Below are positions 25,354 through 36,504 of a stretch of 64,000 nucleotides of DNA, in pieces. The position numbers were made by a program, and so were the translations under genes. The first letter of the stretch is position 1. Every line of letters starts with the position of its first letter. The DNA is from Phyllosticta citribraziliensis. Its lineage: Eukaryota. The stretch covers positions 1-64,000 of the forward strand of contig NW_027117346.1 in assembly GCF_038025025.1 (NCBI RefSeq). The letters run 5' to 3'. The notes under the pieces are model-generated. The model was not told the origin of the DNA and searched no databases. It worked only from the letters and a program-made list of their open reading frames with translations.

Positions 25354-26337
25354 ATGGGGTATGTTCTCACAATCAACTACCTCGTGTCATGCAAGATGTA
25401 CTCACCAGCTTCTGTCCAGCAATGCCAAGTCGAAACCGAAAAAGTGCTTCCTTCAAGGCTGCGTCAAGCCTGAAGTGGCCAAGACCGAAGTGTCGAAGAC
25501 CGAATCCCTGCAGTATGAAGACCTGTGGCTTGAATTGTATGGTGAGTCGACGCGCACCAGTCAAGATCTTGACAACAACCAATCGTTGGACAAAGCCTGG
25601 ACAAGTGACTGATGCGGCGACACGCGACAATAGCCGCCACATACGCAGTGTGGAAAATCGGCTCCCGCAATAACAGACTCAGAATTATGTTGACATTCGA
25701 GTCGCTCAAGGGGGAGTTCGAAGCCTGCCCGCCGTCGATCGAGGAGATCAAGGAGATGACCAAAAAGGGCTATGAGCGCATCACGTACCGCGCCATGTCC
25801 CAGTACAAGGTCAGCGACCAGGACAATGCCGATCTGAAAACTGTCACGCCCATGGGCCACGCCACGCTCTGGATTCCCGTCGTTGAGATCCGGTGGTCAA
25901 CATGGAGCAATCATACCGAGTGTCACCGCGAAGCTCCGCCGCTGTCCTTCAGAATCTCCATGATTCGCGACCTCATTGACAAAGCTTATTCCATGCTCGA
26001 CAAGAACGAGCAGGCGGCGGTCCGCATGTGGACGCAACACACGCGCCAGGGCAAAGTCTTTGACTTCGACAATTGCTACGCGTGGCTCGCCCTAACCGAC
26101 GACGATGCGACACTGGCCGGCTCCATCAACGAGAAGGGCGAATCTAAGCGCGATTTCCCCTTCAGCGGCGTCTTGGACGCCATGGTTGGAGACGAGCGGG
26201 GCGAGGTGCCCAGGTACAAGATCGCCCGTTGCGAGGCTGCCGCCCAAGCCTACCGCAACAAATATGGCACCGAGCGCCCCGACGTGCAAGCTTCTCGCTC
26301 GTGGTCTCTTCAAGATCCGAGAAATTTGTCTCGCTGA
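25354..26337 (+). CDS. Hypothetical N-myristoylated protein B (exons 25354-25358, 25420-25541, 25634-26337)
   Basis: ATGGG|gtatgt...cag|C AAT GCC AAG TCG gives MGNAKSKPKKC. Donor gtgagt at 25542 and acceptor tag at 25633 join the 25612-26337 ORF in frame. Confidence 0.75.
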
Positions 26338-27015
26338 AAGGGTCCGTGGGACCAGGTTCTTTCGGCCGGGCTACGAGAGGATGGTGGGCGATTGAGGATC
26401 TTGAGGTTCCGGGTTGCCGGTGCTTTGGAGTACTTGGATTGCTAGTTGGAGAAGGATCAAGGTTCAAAGCGTGGGAGAAGCGGGCGGGCTGGCTCGGGGA
26501 GATCCGTCGAATTACCATCTCAGTCAGCACGGCTGTGGTGGGAGGTTGTTGCTTCTGCTGACTGCATATCCTACGTCCTCTGGGCGGATTTGCGCGGGTG
26601 AGATTGAATAGTTGTATTGTCGGTTCCGTATCCCATTCGTGCGTGTCGTCGTGCGTGGTTCATCGCTTCTCCTTGGTCGGTGAGGGTCGGCCAGCTCGGC
26701 TGCAGTTTGGCGGAGCGCTGTCAGGTCGTCGAGGGACGTCGTGGCGTTTTGGTGGCGCGTAGCTGTAGTCGCTCAAAGCGTCAAGGGTCGGGACGATCCT
26801 GCTGTGCCGCGGACCAGAGCCGCTTGGGGAAGGCCGTGGGTCTCTTCACCTCTCCCCACCTGCTTTGCCTTGCGGAGATTGCAGAAGACCCAGATTTTCT
26901 TCAGTGGTAGTGATAAGATATCGCTTGCTGCCGAATGATTTATTTGCGGTTGTCGTCCATCGAGTTCCGTTTCCCCTTGGCCTCTTCGTGAACCTGATTT
27001 TGTCGAGCTGCAGCC

Positions 27016-28579
27016 ATGGTCGAGCCCATGTCCAATGCCGCCCCAGCAATTCTTGAAGTCGACCCCGAAGTATGCTTGCTCGCGCTAGACTCTGGAAGCA
27101 GGGGCTGATTGCTCAATAGCACTTGGAAGTGGACAATGACTCTGCAGTGGGCGACGTGGGCGACCAGCTGTTTGTGACACCCCTGCGATATCGTGACTTC
27201 GGAATCCAAGACTGACACGAGGCTGGTCTCAGTTCCGAATTTTCCGCGTCGCTCTCTCCCAGTGTGACAGAATATCCCGAAGAACATGGGCGCAGATACC
27301 ACGCTTATCGTGCCGGCGGTAAAGAAGCCCGGACGCGTCTCATGCCAACTCGAAATAGCTGAAACGTTTTCCTGTAGTTTACATTCTGCCAAACGACCAG
27401 GTATGCAGTCAGCTCTGGTAGAACCAGGACGCGCGTTGACGACAATTCGTCGGGCAGAAAGAACTCGAGAGATTGGACATTATGCACTTTGTGTTCAAGA
27501 AAGGACTTGGAGACAAAATTTACCGTGCTCCCGTCCCGGAAAGCACTAAGCGTGTGCTCGATATCGGAACAGGCAAGAATCAAAGCCAATCCCGGACCAG
27601 CATCGCGTTGCCAATGCCGACACAGGCACGGGAATCTGGGCCATTGAAATGGGTATTTCGAGACGGAAGGCGCAAGGAGAGCACCGCTGATGATTGACAG
27701 GGGACTTGTTCCCGGAGGCCGAAGTCTTTGGCAACGACCTGAGTCCAGAGCAGCCATCATGGGTGGTAAGTGGAGCACAACAGCAGCCAAGGTCTCCACA
27801 GAACGCACTGCTGACAGCCGCGTCAGCCGCCAAACGTAAGGTTCCACGTAGACGACGTCGAAGATACGTGGTACTATGAAAAGAAATTCGACTTCATCTT
27901 TTCAAGGTACATGACGACGTCCATTGGCGATTGGCCGAAGCTGGTAGGAAACGTCTACGAGTGAGATTTCCAAAATTCGAGCGGCGGGCGCCTACCTGAC
28001 GACTTTTCGCAGCAACCTCGAGCCAGGAGGATGGGCCGAATTTCAGGACTTCAACCTTCGGTATTACTCCGACGATGACTCGATGAGCCCAGACACGGAG
28101 ATATACAAGTGGGTCGAGCTTTGGCTGCAAGCAGTGCAAAAGATGGGACGCGAGCCGAGCCCAGGTCCATTCCTGGAAGGTTGGTTGAAGGAGCGAGGCT
28201 TTGTGAATGTTCATCACGAGATCATCAAGTTTCCAATTGGACCGTGGCCAAAGAACAAGGACAAGGTGAGTGTGGTTCGCGAGGTTTCGTCGTCTTTGGC
28301 GTTTCTGACTCAAGATCCAGAAAGAGATGGGCATGCTCAATTTGATGCAGACGCTGGAGGGTCTCGAGGGGTACACTCTGCGATTGTTTACCCAGGTCCT
28401 TGGGTGGAGTCGGGAAGAGGTTGACGTGGTCGTGGCGAAGGTCCGCAGCGAGATTATGAGCAAGTGGCTGCATTCCCAGTTCGATCTGTAAGAGGCGATT
28501 CGACGGGTTGCCGAAGGTTCTGGCTGACTTTGTCGACAGGCATGTAGTATATGGGCAAAAGCCTCCCGCTCAAGCGTGA
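27016..28579 (+). CDS. LaeA-like (TAM-domain) class I SAM-dependent methyltransferase, highly intron-split
   Basis: Exon fragments EHGRRYHAY, YILPNDQ|KELERLD, RVLDIGTG|TGIWAIEM|GDLFPEAEVFGNDLSP, PPNVRFHVDDVE, NLEPGGWAEFQD, FPIGPWPK, FTQVLGWS and HVVYGQKP. Confidence 0.92.
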
Positions 28580-29576
28580 GTTGGACGGTGGACGGTCGGC
28601 TTCGGCGTGAGGCGCGTGGGCGCGTACCGTACCTTAGGCAGGGCTGGAAACGGCAGAAACCCTTTGATTGGCTGATAAGGCGGTGAGATGTTGAGTCCAG
28701 TGATTCGTCAACTCCCCGTTCTCCACCCAAACCTCAACTCTCAAGGTACGGTCTACTTAGGCCATCAAGTCATCTGCCAAGCGCACTACGGTCGATGCTG
28801 CCTGCCGAGTCTCATCAGGAAGCTTCTTCAACTCCGGAGTGCTGTGATGTCCGCTTCCATGCCATGGACTCATCTGGAGCGCTTTGTCGGAAACAGAAGA
28901 ACGGCGCCGATGAATCTCGTCGCGTCGTTGACTTTGGGCATCGTAGGATCAATCTGATTCTCCCCACGCTTGCCTCCTCTACTCCAGGGTCACACTCTAT
29001 GTACTTTTGCGGTGATTGCGGGTCATCCGGCATCGAGCCGCCGCCTCCAACCGCGACGCGACAAGCCGTCTTCTCGAATTTTCCTGAAAGGACGCGTTCT
29101 GGGAAGACATTGGTGAGTGGAATGACCATTAGCTGCATTTCTGACGAGTTGAACTTGTCAACTTTGATGCCACTCCCTCGAAATTGGGAATCCGCTCTGT
29201 CACCATGGAGTGGCTTCGATAGCATCTCCTACTTCACGCCTGATGTGTGATGGATGCACTGCAGACGAAAGAACTCAAATCGTTTTCTGTGATACGAGTC
29301 GGTCGCATGGAGGTATACCCAGATGACATGAAAAAAAACTTTTGGCAGAGATGGTGGGAGACGGGTGGAAGGAAGTCGCGCGTGGCGGTGGGCAGGCAGC
29401 TGCCTGCTGCTGGCAGCATCGACACCTCTTCTTACTTTCAACCTCCCCTTCCCAACGTCAAGAGTCACCACCACACCGACCGATGAGAGCCGTGAGTTGA
29501 ATGAACCGTCCATTGCTTCCTTTGGTCGCTGACCCTCACAGTGATCCTCACGTCGCCTCTCCGACTCTACCGCACA

Positions 29577-30337
29577 ATGACGGCACCGGCCAAGGACCGC
29601 CGCCTCCAGCTGCCTCCAAACCTGGGAAAGTTGGACTACGACAAAATCATCCGCGAATGTTTTGACTGCGGACGTCTCTACTTCGACTATGGTGAAATTC
29701 TCTTTCAAAAACCCATGCTTTTCCATAACTTGGCGGTGGTCATCACCGATGGAGCATGCCTGCGCAATGGACAGAGTGCTTCCCGTGCTGGAATTGGCAT
29801 TGTAGCAGGCTCAGACCCCTCTCAGCAATTTTCGATTCCGTGGCACCGCATCGATTGCATTCCTGCGGGTCTTGAGAGGACCAGCCAGCGCGCAGAGATC
29901 TTTGCGGCAATGGAGGGCTTGCGCAAAGCCGTGGATGTCCATGCGCACCTTTCCTGGGCCACGTTGGAATGGTTACGTCCCAGCAAGCTTATTCTTGCGA
30001 CAGACTCCGAATATGTCGTCAACGGCTTGACAGAGTGGTTTCCGAACTGGAAGGTATGCAGGTTGCCTGGCTGTATGATTACCCTTACTAAACTCTCCCA
30101 AAACAGAAACATGGCAACAAGACCTCCAGAGGCGTTCGCTCAGTCAACTTTGACCTATTTGAACAACTTGAAGCGACAGTCATTGAACTTGAGAAGAATC
30201 ACCGCATGGAAATCTTCTTCTTGAACGTCCCCCACGAAGCAAAAGCTCGCGCAGACAGGCTTGCCGGGGATGCCGCCCGATTGGATGACGCGACTGTCGA
30301 AGCCAACACCGTCCGCCTTGCTCAGTTTCACATTTGA
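29577..30337 (+). CDS. RNase HI-like protein, paralog 2 (exons 29577-30053, 30107-30337)
   Basis: ITDGACLRNG, RTSQRAEI, LATDSEYVVNGLTEWFPNWK|KHGNKTSRG...FFLNVPHEAKARADRLA. All four D-E-D-D carboxylates are present. Confidence 0.9.
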
Positions 30338-31271
30338 CCGCAAAACTCGGACGGCCACGCAGACGCGGATACTACACCATGCGTTCCAAATTAGAGGAAA
30401 GAAATGGAGCAATACAGGGCATTCATAGCAGCGACTACATTCTATCTCACTCCGCACCTCCCATCGACTGTTGTGGACGTCTGCGAAGCCGAGGGGGCGC
30501 AGGAATATGGCCTGGAGTCGCTCAGGGCCTAGGACGAAGCGATTCTCCAAGGCATAGATATAATGAGGCACCGGCTCGTAGCGTCAATGCTGCTCTCATA
30601 CGATCATTCTTGCTATGCGCAAGCACTGGGATGGAGAGGCTGTTGAGACCAAAGGAAACGAACAAATCAGCCAAAGCGAGTTCTTCGCAAGAACACCACT
30701 TCAAGGACGACCACCGCAGCAATGATTACGACTAGAATCAAAGTGACGAGGGATCGCGTATCGAGGTTCATACGAAGAAGACTTTGCTGCTGATGTTTTG
30801 GAGGCTGGCCGATTTTCTTCCAGTCGATGAAGCTCTTCGGACGCAGTATTTCTCTGCTGACTGGCTTCTGGCTTCTCATAATAACTCAATTGTCCATGGG
30901 ACGGCAATGGCGATTGACCATCCGCGAGGTACGGGAGTTCGTTACAAAGCAAAACAATAATTAAAGGAGGAGAGCAACTCTACTTGCTTCGGTACAAAAT
31001 AGATTATGGGAAAGATCAACTACAGAGAGGGACACAGATGCGCAGGGCGTGGACAAAAGTATTGTATGCAGTCAGGACATAATCTCTTCAGCCCCGCACA
31101 CCTGCACCTTTTACAGGCTCACATGATGAAAGCGAATTCGCGAGGTCGCCCAATATGCCATGTGTGGTAATCTACATCTCCCATTGGCCAGCAGAAAAGA
31201 CGGTCGTCCTTCATTCCGAACATCTCAACAAGCTCCAGAACCGTAGTAACAGGACACTCTCACTCTAGTCC

Positions 31272-31426
31272 AATCAGGTCACGTCATTGAAAAGCCTCAA
31301 CACCAAGCGACATCGCATTGGGTAAGGTACAGCTTCTCCTGTCAAAATCAGGTCACGCCATTGAAAAGACTCTACACCAAGCAAAGTCGCATTTGGCAAA
31401 GTGCAGCTTCCTCTGTCAGAATCAGG
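31272..31426 (+). repeat. Diverged 74-bp tandem duplication (two units plus the start of a third) upstream of RNase H paralog 3
   Basis: AATCAGG recurs at 31272, 31346 and 31420. The units share aatcaggtcacg.cattgaaaag.ctc.acaccaagc...tcgcatt.gg.aa.gt.cagctt. Confidence 0.9.
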
Positions 31427-31580
31427 AACCCCTTGCGAGGAAAGCAGTCGCTATTTAATTTTGGCGTGAACCCCACATGTGCTCCACGTCCCTTTCTGCT
31501 CCTCTCCGCTTTCTACGCTCACTCTCACTCTTACTTTTCCCCTCCAGGATCGATCGATCCACCAAAAACTTAACGTGGAC

Positions 31581-32343
31581 ATGGAGCTAGAGCCGCCCAG
31601 AGGTCGCCGCCTTCGGAGCTCCACACCGTTTAGTGCGGAGTACATACGGACTGACCTGGACTCCGGCCACTTCTTCGTCAAAATCTCTGGTCGTGAGGAC
31701 TGGGAGTACACGTTTGTATATCCCGTGATCTTCACCAATGGATCATGCCTCGCCAACGGCAGGAAAAACCCGCGTGTTGGCATCGGTATTGCAGCGGGCA
31801 CGCGCCCATATTCATATCAACAGGTCTCTGAGCCGCTCAGCAACATATCGCACATTCCCTACAAACGGAAGAGCCAGCGAGCAAAGCTCTTCGGGGCCAT
31901 CGAGGGTGTCTCGAGAGCCTTGGATCTGGTCGGCGGATGGCGTGATTCATTTACCGTTGGGGCCAGTGTGATCATTGCCACGGATTCGATGTATGTCGTC
32001 GATGGCATAACGGAATTGCTGCCCAAATGGAAGGTATAGTGCAATTGCCAAATATTTTATTCGTCCACTGCAAGAACTGACCAGACCTTTTCAACAGGCC
32101 AGGGGCTGGATGACTTCAAAAGGCCGTCGGCCAAAAAATCTCGACTTGTTCCAGGAACTCGAAAAGCGCGTCATCGACTGTGAAAAGAAACACGGCATAG
32201 ACGTCCTTTTCTTGTGGGTTCCCCACGACACAAACAGGCTTGCGTGCAGGCTTTCCAACTCTGCTGCCAAAAGGGATGCCCCTGGACACTTTGCCGGAGG
32301 TCGTTTTCGGGAGGACAAAGCGAAGGCCTTCTATGTTGGATAA
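31581..32343 (+). CDS. RNase HI-like protein, paralog 3, predicted catalytically inactive (exons 31581-32033, 32098-32343)
   Basis: FTNGSCLANG (D>N), SQRAKL (E>K), IATDSMY (D kept) and WVPHDTNRLACRLS (D>C). The ORF and intron are intact. Confidence 0.85.
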
Positions 32344-33052
32344 TCCGGTCTACCAAAGGGTGCAGTCAAGGAGACAATTCATTGAGGCCACTGCAGACGA
32401 AATTTAAAGCCTACGAAGTGCCTTTTTGCACTCCAGGCGATGTCCTCCTCGAAGACTTCCTGTACAGCTTTGCGGAAAAGAGTCTGCGTGGTATATACTC
32501 CATGGAGCAGCTGACTACTTTTTTGTGGGGGTTTCACACGTTGTAATTTGCTACATTGCAGCGGAGGAGAAACTTGTGGTCATTTTCAAACGAGGCATTC
32601 TTGACATGCCACATGGAGACCTCCGAAACCAATCAGAAGGTCCCCTTTGCCAAACAACAAATGATCAAGAACATTGTCAAAAAACGATGAGAACATTGGA
32701 ATACCTATTGCCGATTTCTCCTTGCTATGATCAGCTTGACCCACGACGATGAACAGGTACCTTGGCCGGCTTTGACATTTCCAACGCGGCATGGGGATGT
32801 ACGCAGAAAGAGAAGGCCCTCCGATTGTGGAGGTTGCGGTCCGTGTAGATCAACGGGAAGCAGCAGTAGAGCCGGCAACGCGAGTGCGACGAAGAAGTCA
32901 CAACACAAACACCTTCCGCGGTTTGGCGAGCGCCCTTATTTATCATCCTCCTCCTCTTCCTCCCTTCTGCTCGACACCTGTCCACACCACCGGTCACACT
33001 CTGACCCTTCATCTGAGCCCTCTTTTCTTCCACTCCCTTCACCGGAACCACC

Positions 33053-33856
33053 ATGTCGTGGAGGGCCATGTCGCGCGTACCGCTACCGCTGCCACCAGGC
33101 GCACCGCTGCCAGCAGGCTATTCAATCGCCAATCACATGGTCTGGCTCAATGGATACTGTCCATCACCCAGCTTGATTCAAGAGTGCATCTATTGCGGCC
33201 GATCCTTCCTGCAGTCTCCCCACGAGAATGACTTCTCCCACAAGTTGCCGCTCATCTTCACCGACGGTGCCTGCCTCAACAATGGATATGACGGCGCCCG
33301 AGCCGGATATGGTGTCGTAATCAGCAATGACGCCCAAGGCCGAAAGAACTTTGCATTCAGTGGCGACCAGGAGAGAACAAACCAAAAAGCAGAGCTGGCT
33401 GGCGTCAAGAAGGGATTGGAGCTGGCATTCCAGGCCGCTGGACAGCAGGGTCGTGCACACAGTTGCCCGACTCCTTCATACAAGAACTTCGTCATCGCGA
33501 CCGACTCGGAATATGCTGTCAAGGGAATCACTGAGTGGTTGCCGATGTGGAAGGTCAGTGACGGCTCACCCCTTGATTCCTAGGCCCGAGTTGCAGGCAA
33601 AGAGTTGGCTCGTTGACCCGATTTAAAACAGACCAACGGCTTCAGAGCTTCCAACGGTAGACGTCCAATCAATGAAGCAGAGTTCCGGGAAATCGACTAC
33701 ATCATGGAGCGTCACGAAGCAATGGGTCACAATGTAGCCCTATGGCATATTCCCCGCTCATTCAACGCCGACGCGGACCAGCTCGCCGGACAAGGTGCCA
33801 ACAGAGATCAAGGACCACGAAACCGCAATCATGGAGTCTGGCCTGCTTATGGATAG
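33053..33856 (+). CDS. RNase HI-like protein, paralog 4 (exons 33053-33553, 33632-33856)
   Basis: FTDGACLNNG, RTNQKAEL, IATDSEYAVKGITEWLPMWK|TNGFRASNGRRPINE...LWHIPRSFNADADQLA. All four carboxylates are present. Confidence 0.9.
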
Positions 33857-35404
33857 ATCATTCCATGCCATCCTGGCGAAACTCGCCTATGGCCATTGTC
33901 GGCGAAATACAGAATGACCGCCACCAATACCATGGTCTTCTCGACAGTCTGCTATCATAATCTTACCGCATATTGCAATGCGAAAACACCGAGAGCAAGT
34001 TACGGCATACCAGAAAGTATCTCTTTCCAGAATCGTCAAGGGATTCGGGTTGCGGAGGGGTTTTGATTGCAGTCCCCTGAAAATTTTCGAGGGCGGTTCT
34101 GTCCGGGAGGTAAATGTACCGGAGGCATCGAACACTGGCAGAATGCATTTTCAACTTCTAGAGACAACAGAATACCATAGTAGAATTTCAAATGTTGAGC
34201 AACTCTTAGTGGTATCGTGTCGATGCGCTGCGCTGCCCCTTCGCTCAACTCTTCCATGCCTTGTTTGGGCACAATGGAAACGTCAGGACCTGGCAGTTCC
34301 GCCAACCGGCAATCAAGATCCAATCACTGTGTACACAGCTTTGCGAGCTCCCTGTTTGTGCTTGTGCCAAGCTGCCAGGCGTGTAAGCTTGCCCTTTGGA
34401 GAGGACGAGTAGTGTAGGGAACAGGATTGCAGTCACTTCGAGCAATTCCTCTGGTAAGATGCAAGATCTTCGTATAATTGACGGTCGTATGACCGATGCT
34501 CGAATGTGAGGCGAGCGGCGCGAAGGAGAGAGAAGGTGGCGGGAGGGAAATGTGATGTTCCTGTTTCCTGAGCACCGCACTCGAACGCGGGCGAAAATAC
34601 GAACCGGCGACGGTCACTCAGTTTGATCGGGACACTTTTTGCGGCTTTGTGGAAGGAGAAGGGTGTTTCACGGCGATGATGAGAATTTGCGGCCACTCCA
34701 ACTTGGCCGAGGCGGCAGACATATGCGTCGCCGTCGCACTGTTGCGGAAGATCGTCGAAGTGTTTCGATGTTGGGATGTTGGCCGTCGACGAGTGACCAC
34801 ATACCCACGCGAACCGCAAGAGAAAGACTCCTGAAGTGACAGGGCCCGCCTAAGACCACCTGCAGGGCGAAAGGGGGTCGAAGGCAGCATGCGACTACCA
34901 TGTCTCCAAAGTACGATGTTATATTCAGGCAAAGTTTGCTTCCAAAGTAAGAACCAAACAGCTGCATGGGGTCTTATGGTCTAGTGGTGCCCACCGGGGT
35001 TTTAGGGTCGCTTCGTACAGCTTTGAATTCGAGTAAGGTTACTCTGGTCCTGAGTGAACGTCGGGGATGCGGAGGAAGATAATACAGTACGCGAGTTCGA
35101 ATCTTGTGGTTCATCTTTTTTTCCTTTCTTTGCTGTTGTTCACTTCAGTTTACGCGCGCTTGACCTGTCGACGCTGTTGGTCCACGAAGCTCACCTTCTC
35201 TGATCAGTCGTCCTTCAGCTTCTTGATTGGCCGCCGCCGCTTTCCAGAGGTTTCCACAATCAGCTGCTCGCTGAACGCGTTCACTCACTTTGCCGCTTAG
35301 GTTGCTCCCACTGACTTTATCCATGCAGCTCTTTTCTTAAATACCACCTAACCCGCCCCGAAAACTCCAACACCGCTCACATTGCCTCTGCGGCAACCGA
35401 CAAC

Positions 35405-36160
35405 ATGCCACCCCGAAACCGCCCTCGTCCCCGTCCTCCAAGGGCACACAAAATGATTCTTCGCAGAACCGAGCGTGGCATCTTTGGCAAGTTGCCCATG
35501 GAACTTATGCTTGAAGTCTTGGGACACCTGCAGTACGATGCTGCGATTTTCCTCGCGGCGACAAATCATTATTACAGACGACTGGTCGATCCCTTGACTG
35601 TTGTTTCAGAAGAACGGAAGTTAGAGTTTCTCGCACGAGCAGAGTATTTCCAGCAGCACATGCGCATTCCTTATGGCTTTGCCGCTTGCTTCTGGTGCTA
35701 CCGGGTCAAGAAAGTGCGGCATTACTTCGAACAGATCAACCAACCTTCCGATTACCACAATGTTCCGTTCAGCTGCAGTGGACCGTGGCAGATCTGTTCT
35801 GATTGCCAACAGGTGCCGCAAGTCTTGTCTCACCCGAAGGCCTTCGCGAAAGTCGTTCAAGTGGGATCCGAGACTACATTTTTGAAGTGGAATTGTGAGA
35901 CCTGCGAGGGTAGTGACAGCCAGAATCAGGAACTCACTTGCGCTATAGTCCATGGAGGTTGCGCTCGCTGTGGGCACTGTATCATCCAGCACGACCATCC
36001 TTTGGCTACCAAGTGCCCTACGTGCGAGGAAGATATCGTTTCTAGCGAAACGCAATGGTCATGGGCCTGTCGATTTTCGTGGATCATGAAACAAAAGTTC
36101 TGCACGATTTCTCGGCAATCTCGAGCAGAATTCGTGCGGCGGATGGGCCGTAATGAATAG
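35405..36160 (+). CDS. F-box protein with Cys-rich (multiple CxxC) C-terminus, paralog A
   Basis: FGKLPMELMLEVLGHLQYDAAIFLAATNHYYRRLV is F-box-like. Followed by CFWC, CSDC, CETC, HGGCARCGHC and CPTC. Confidence 0.85.
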   Translation: MPPRNRPRPRPPRAHKMILRRTERGIFGKLPMELMLEVLGHLQYDAAIFLAATNHYYRRLVDPLTVVSEERKLEFLARAEYFQQHMRIPYGFAACFWCYRVKKVRHYFEQINQPSDYHNVPFSCSGPWQICSDCQQVPQVLSHPKAFAKVVQVGSETTFLKWNCETCEGSDSQNQELTCAIVHGGCARCGHCIIQHDHPLATKCPTCEEDIVSSETQWSWACRFSWIMKQKFCTISRQSRAEFVRRMGRNE

Positions 36161-36504
36161 CTCGTTGGCTTCTCAAAGAATATCAGCTCACACGAATTAC
36201 CGAGAATTGCGATTTCAGTCGTGTCTGCGGTGCTAGAAGAAACTAGCGAAAGGATCGTGGCGCCGTGAACCACGTAGCTTTTCTTCTCTGATCAACTGTT
36301 GTTCAGGCTCCTGAGTGGCCGCCGCCTTCCAGACGTTTCTACAATCACCAGTCACCAATCTTGCTCAGTCACTTTGCTGTTTGGTTTGCTCTGCTCGCAC
36401 TGAGGCAGAAGACCTAGCCTGCCTTCCTTAAATACCACCCAACCCACCCATCTCCCGGCGAAAAGTACGGCGCCGTTCAAGACACCTCTGCGATGACCGA
36501 CTTC

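Noticed and set aside
28815..29225. 136-aa minus-strand ORF next to the RNase H array
   Set aside because: No recognisable motif or supporting splice structure. It could be an orphan gene but is not supportable from sequence alone.
31272..31426. CRISPR-like array
   Set aside because: Eukaryotic context, and only two contiguous diverged units with no unique spacers.
31735..31890. RIP as the cause of the D>N and E>K changes in RNase H paralog 3
   Set aside because: Both could be G>A transitions, but the contexts (CpG and ApG on the + strand) are not the canonical TpG>TpA, and the gene is not TpA-enriched.
29577..33856. RNase H genes as fragments of retrotransposon pol
   Set aside because: They have their own ATGs and a conserved spliceosomal intron, with no adjacent RT, integrase, gag or LTR and no RIP signature.
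33900..35000. Possible degenerate gene between RNase H paralog 4 and F-box A
   Set aside because: Several short ORFs on both strands, with no similarity I can see to either neighbouring family.
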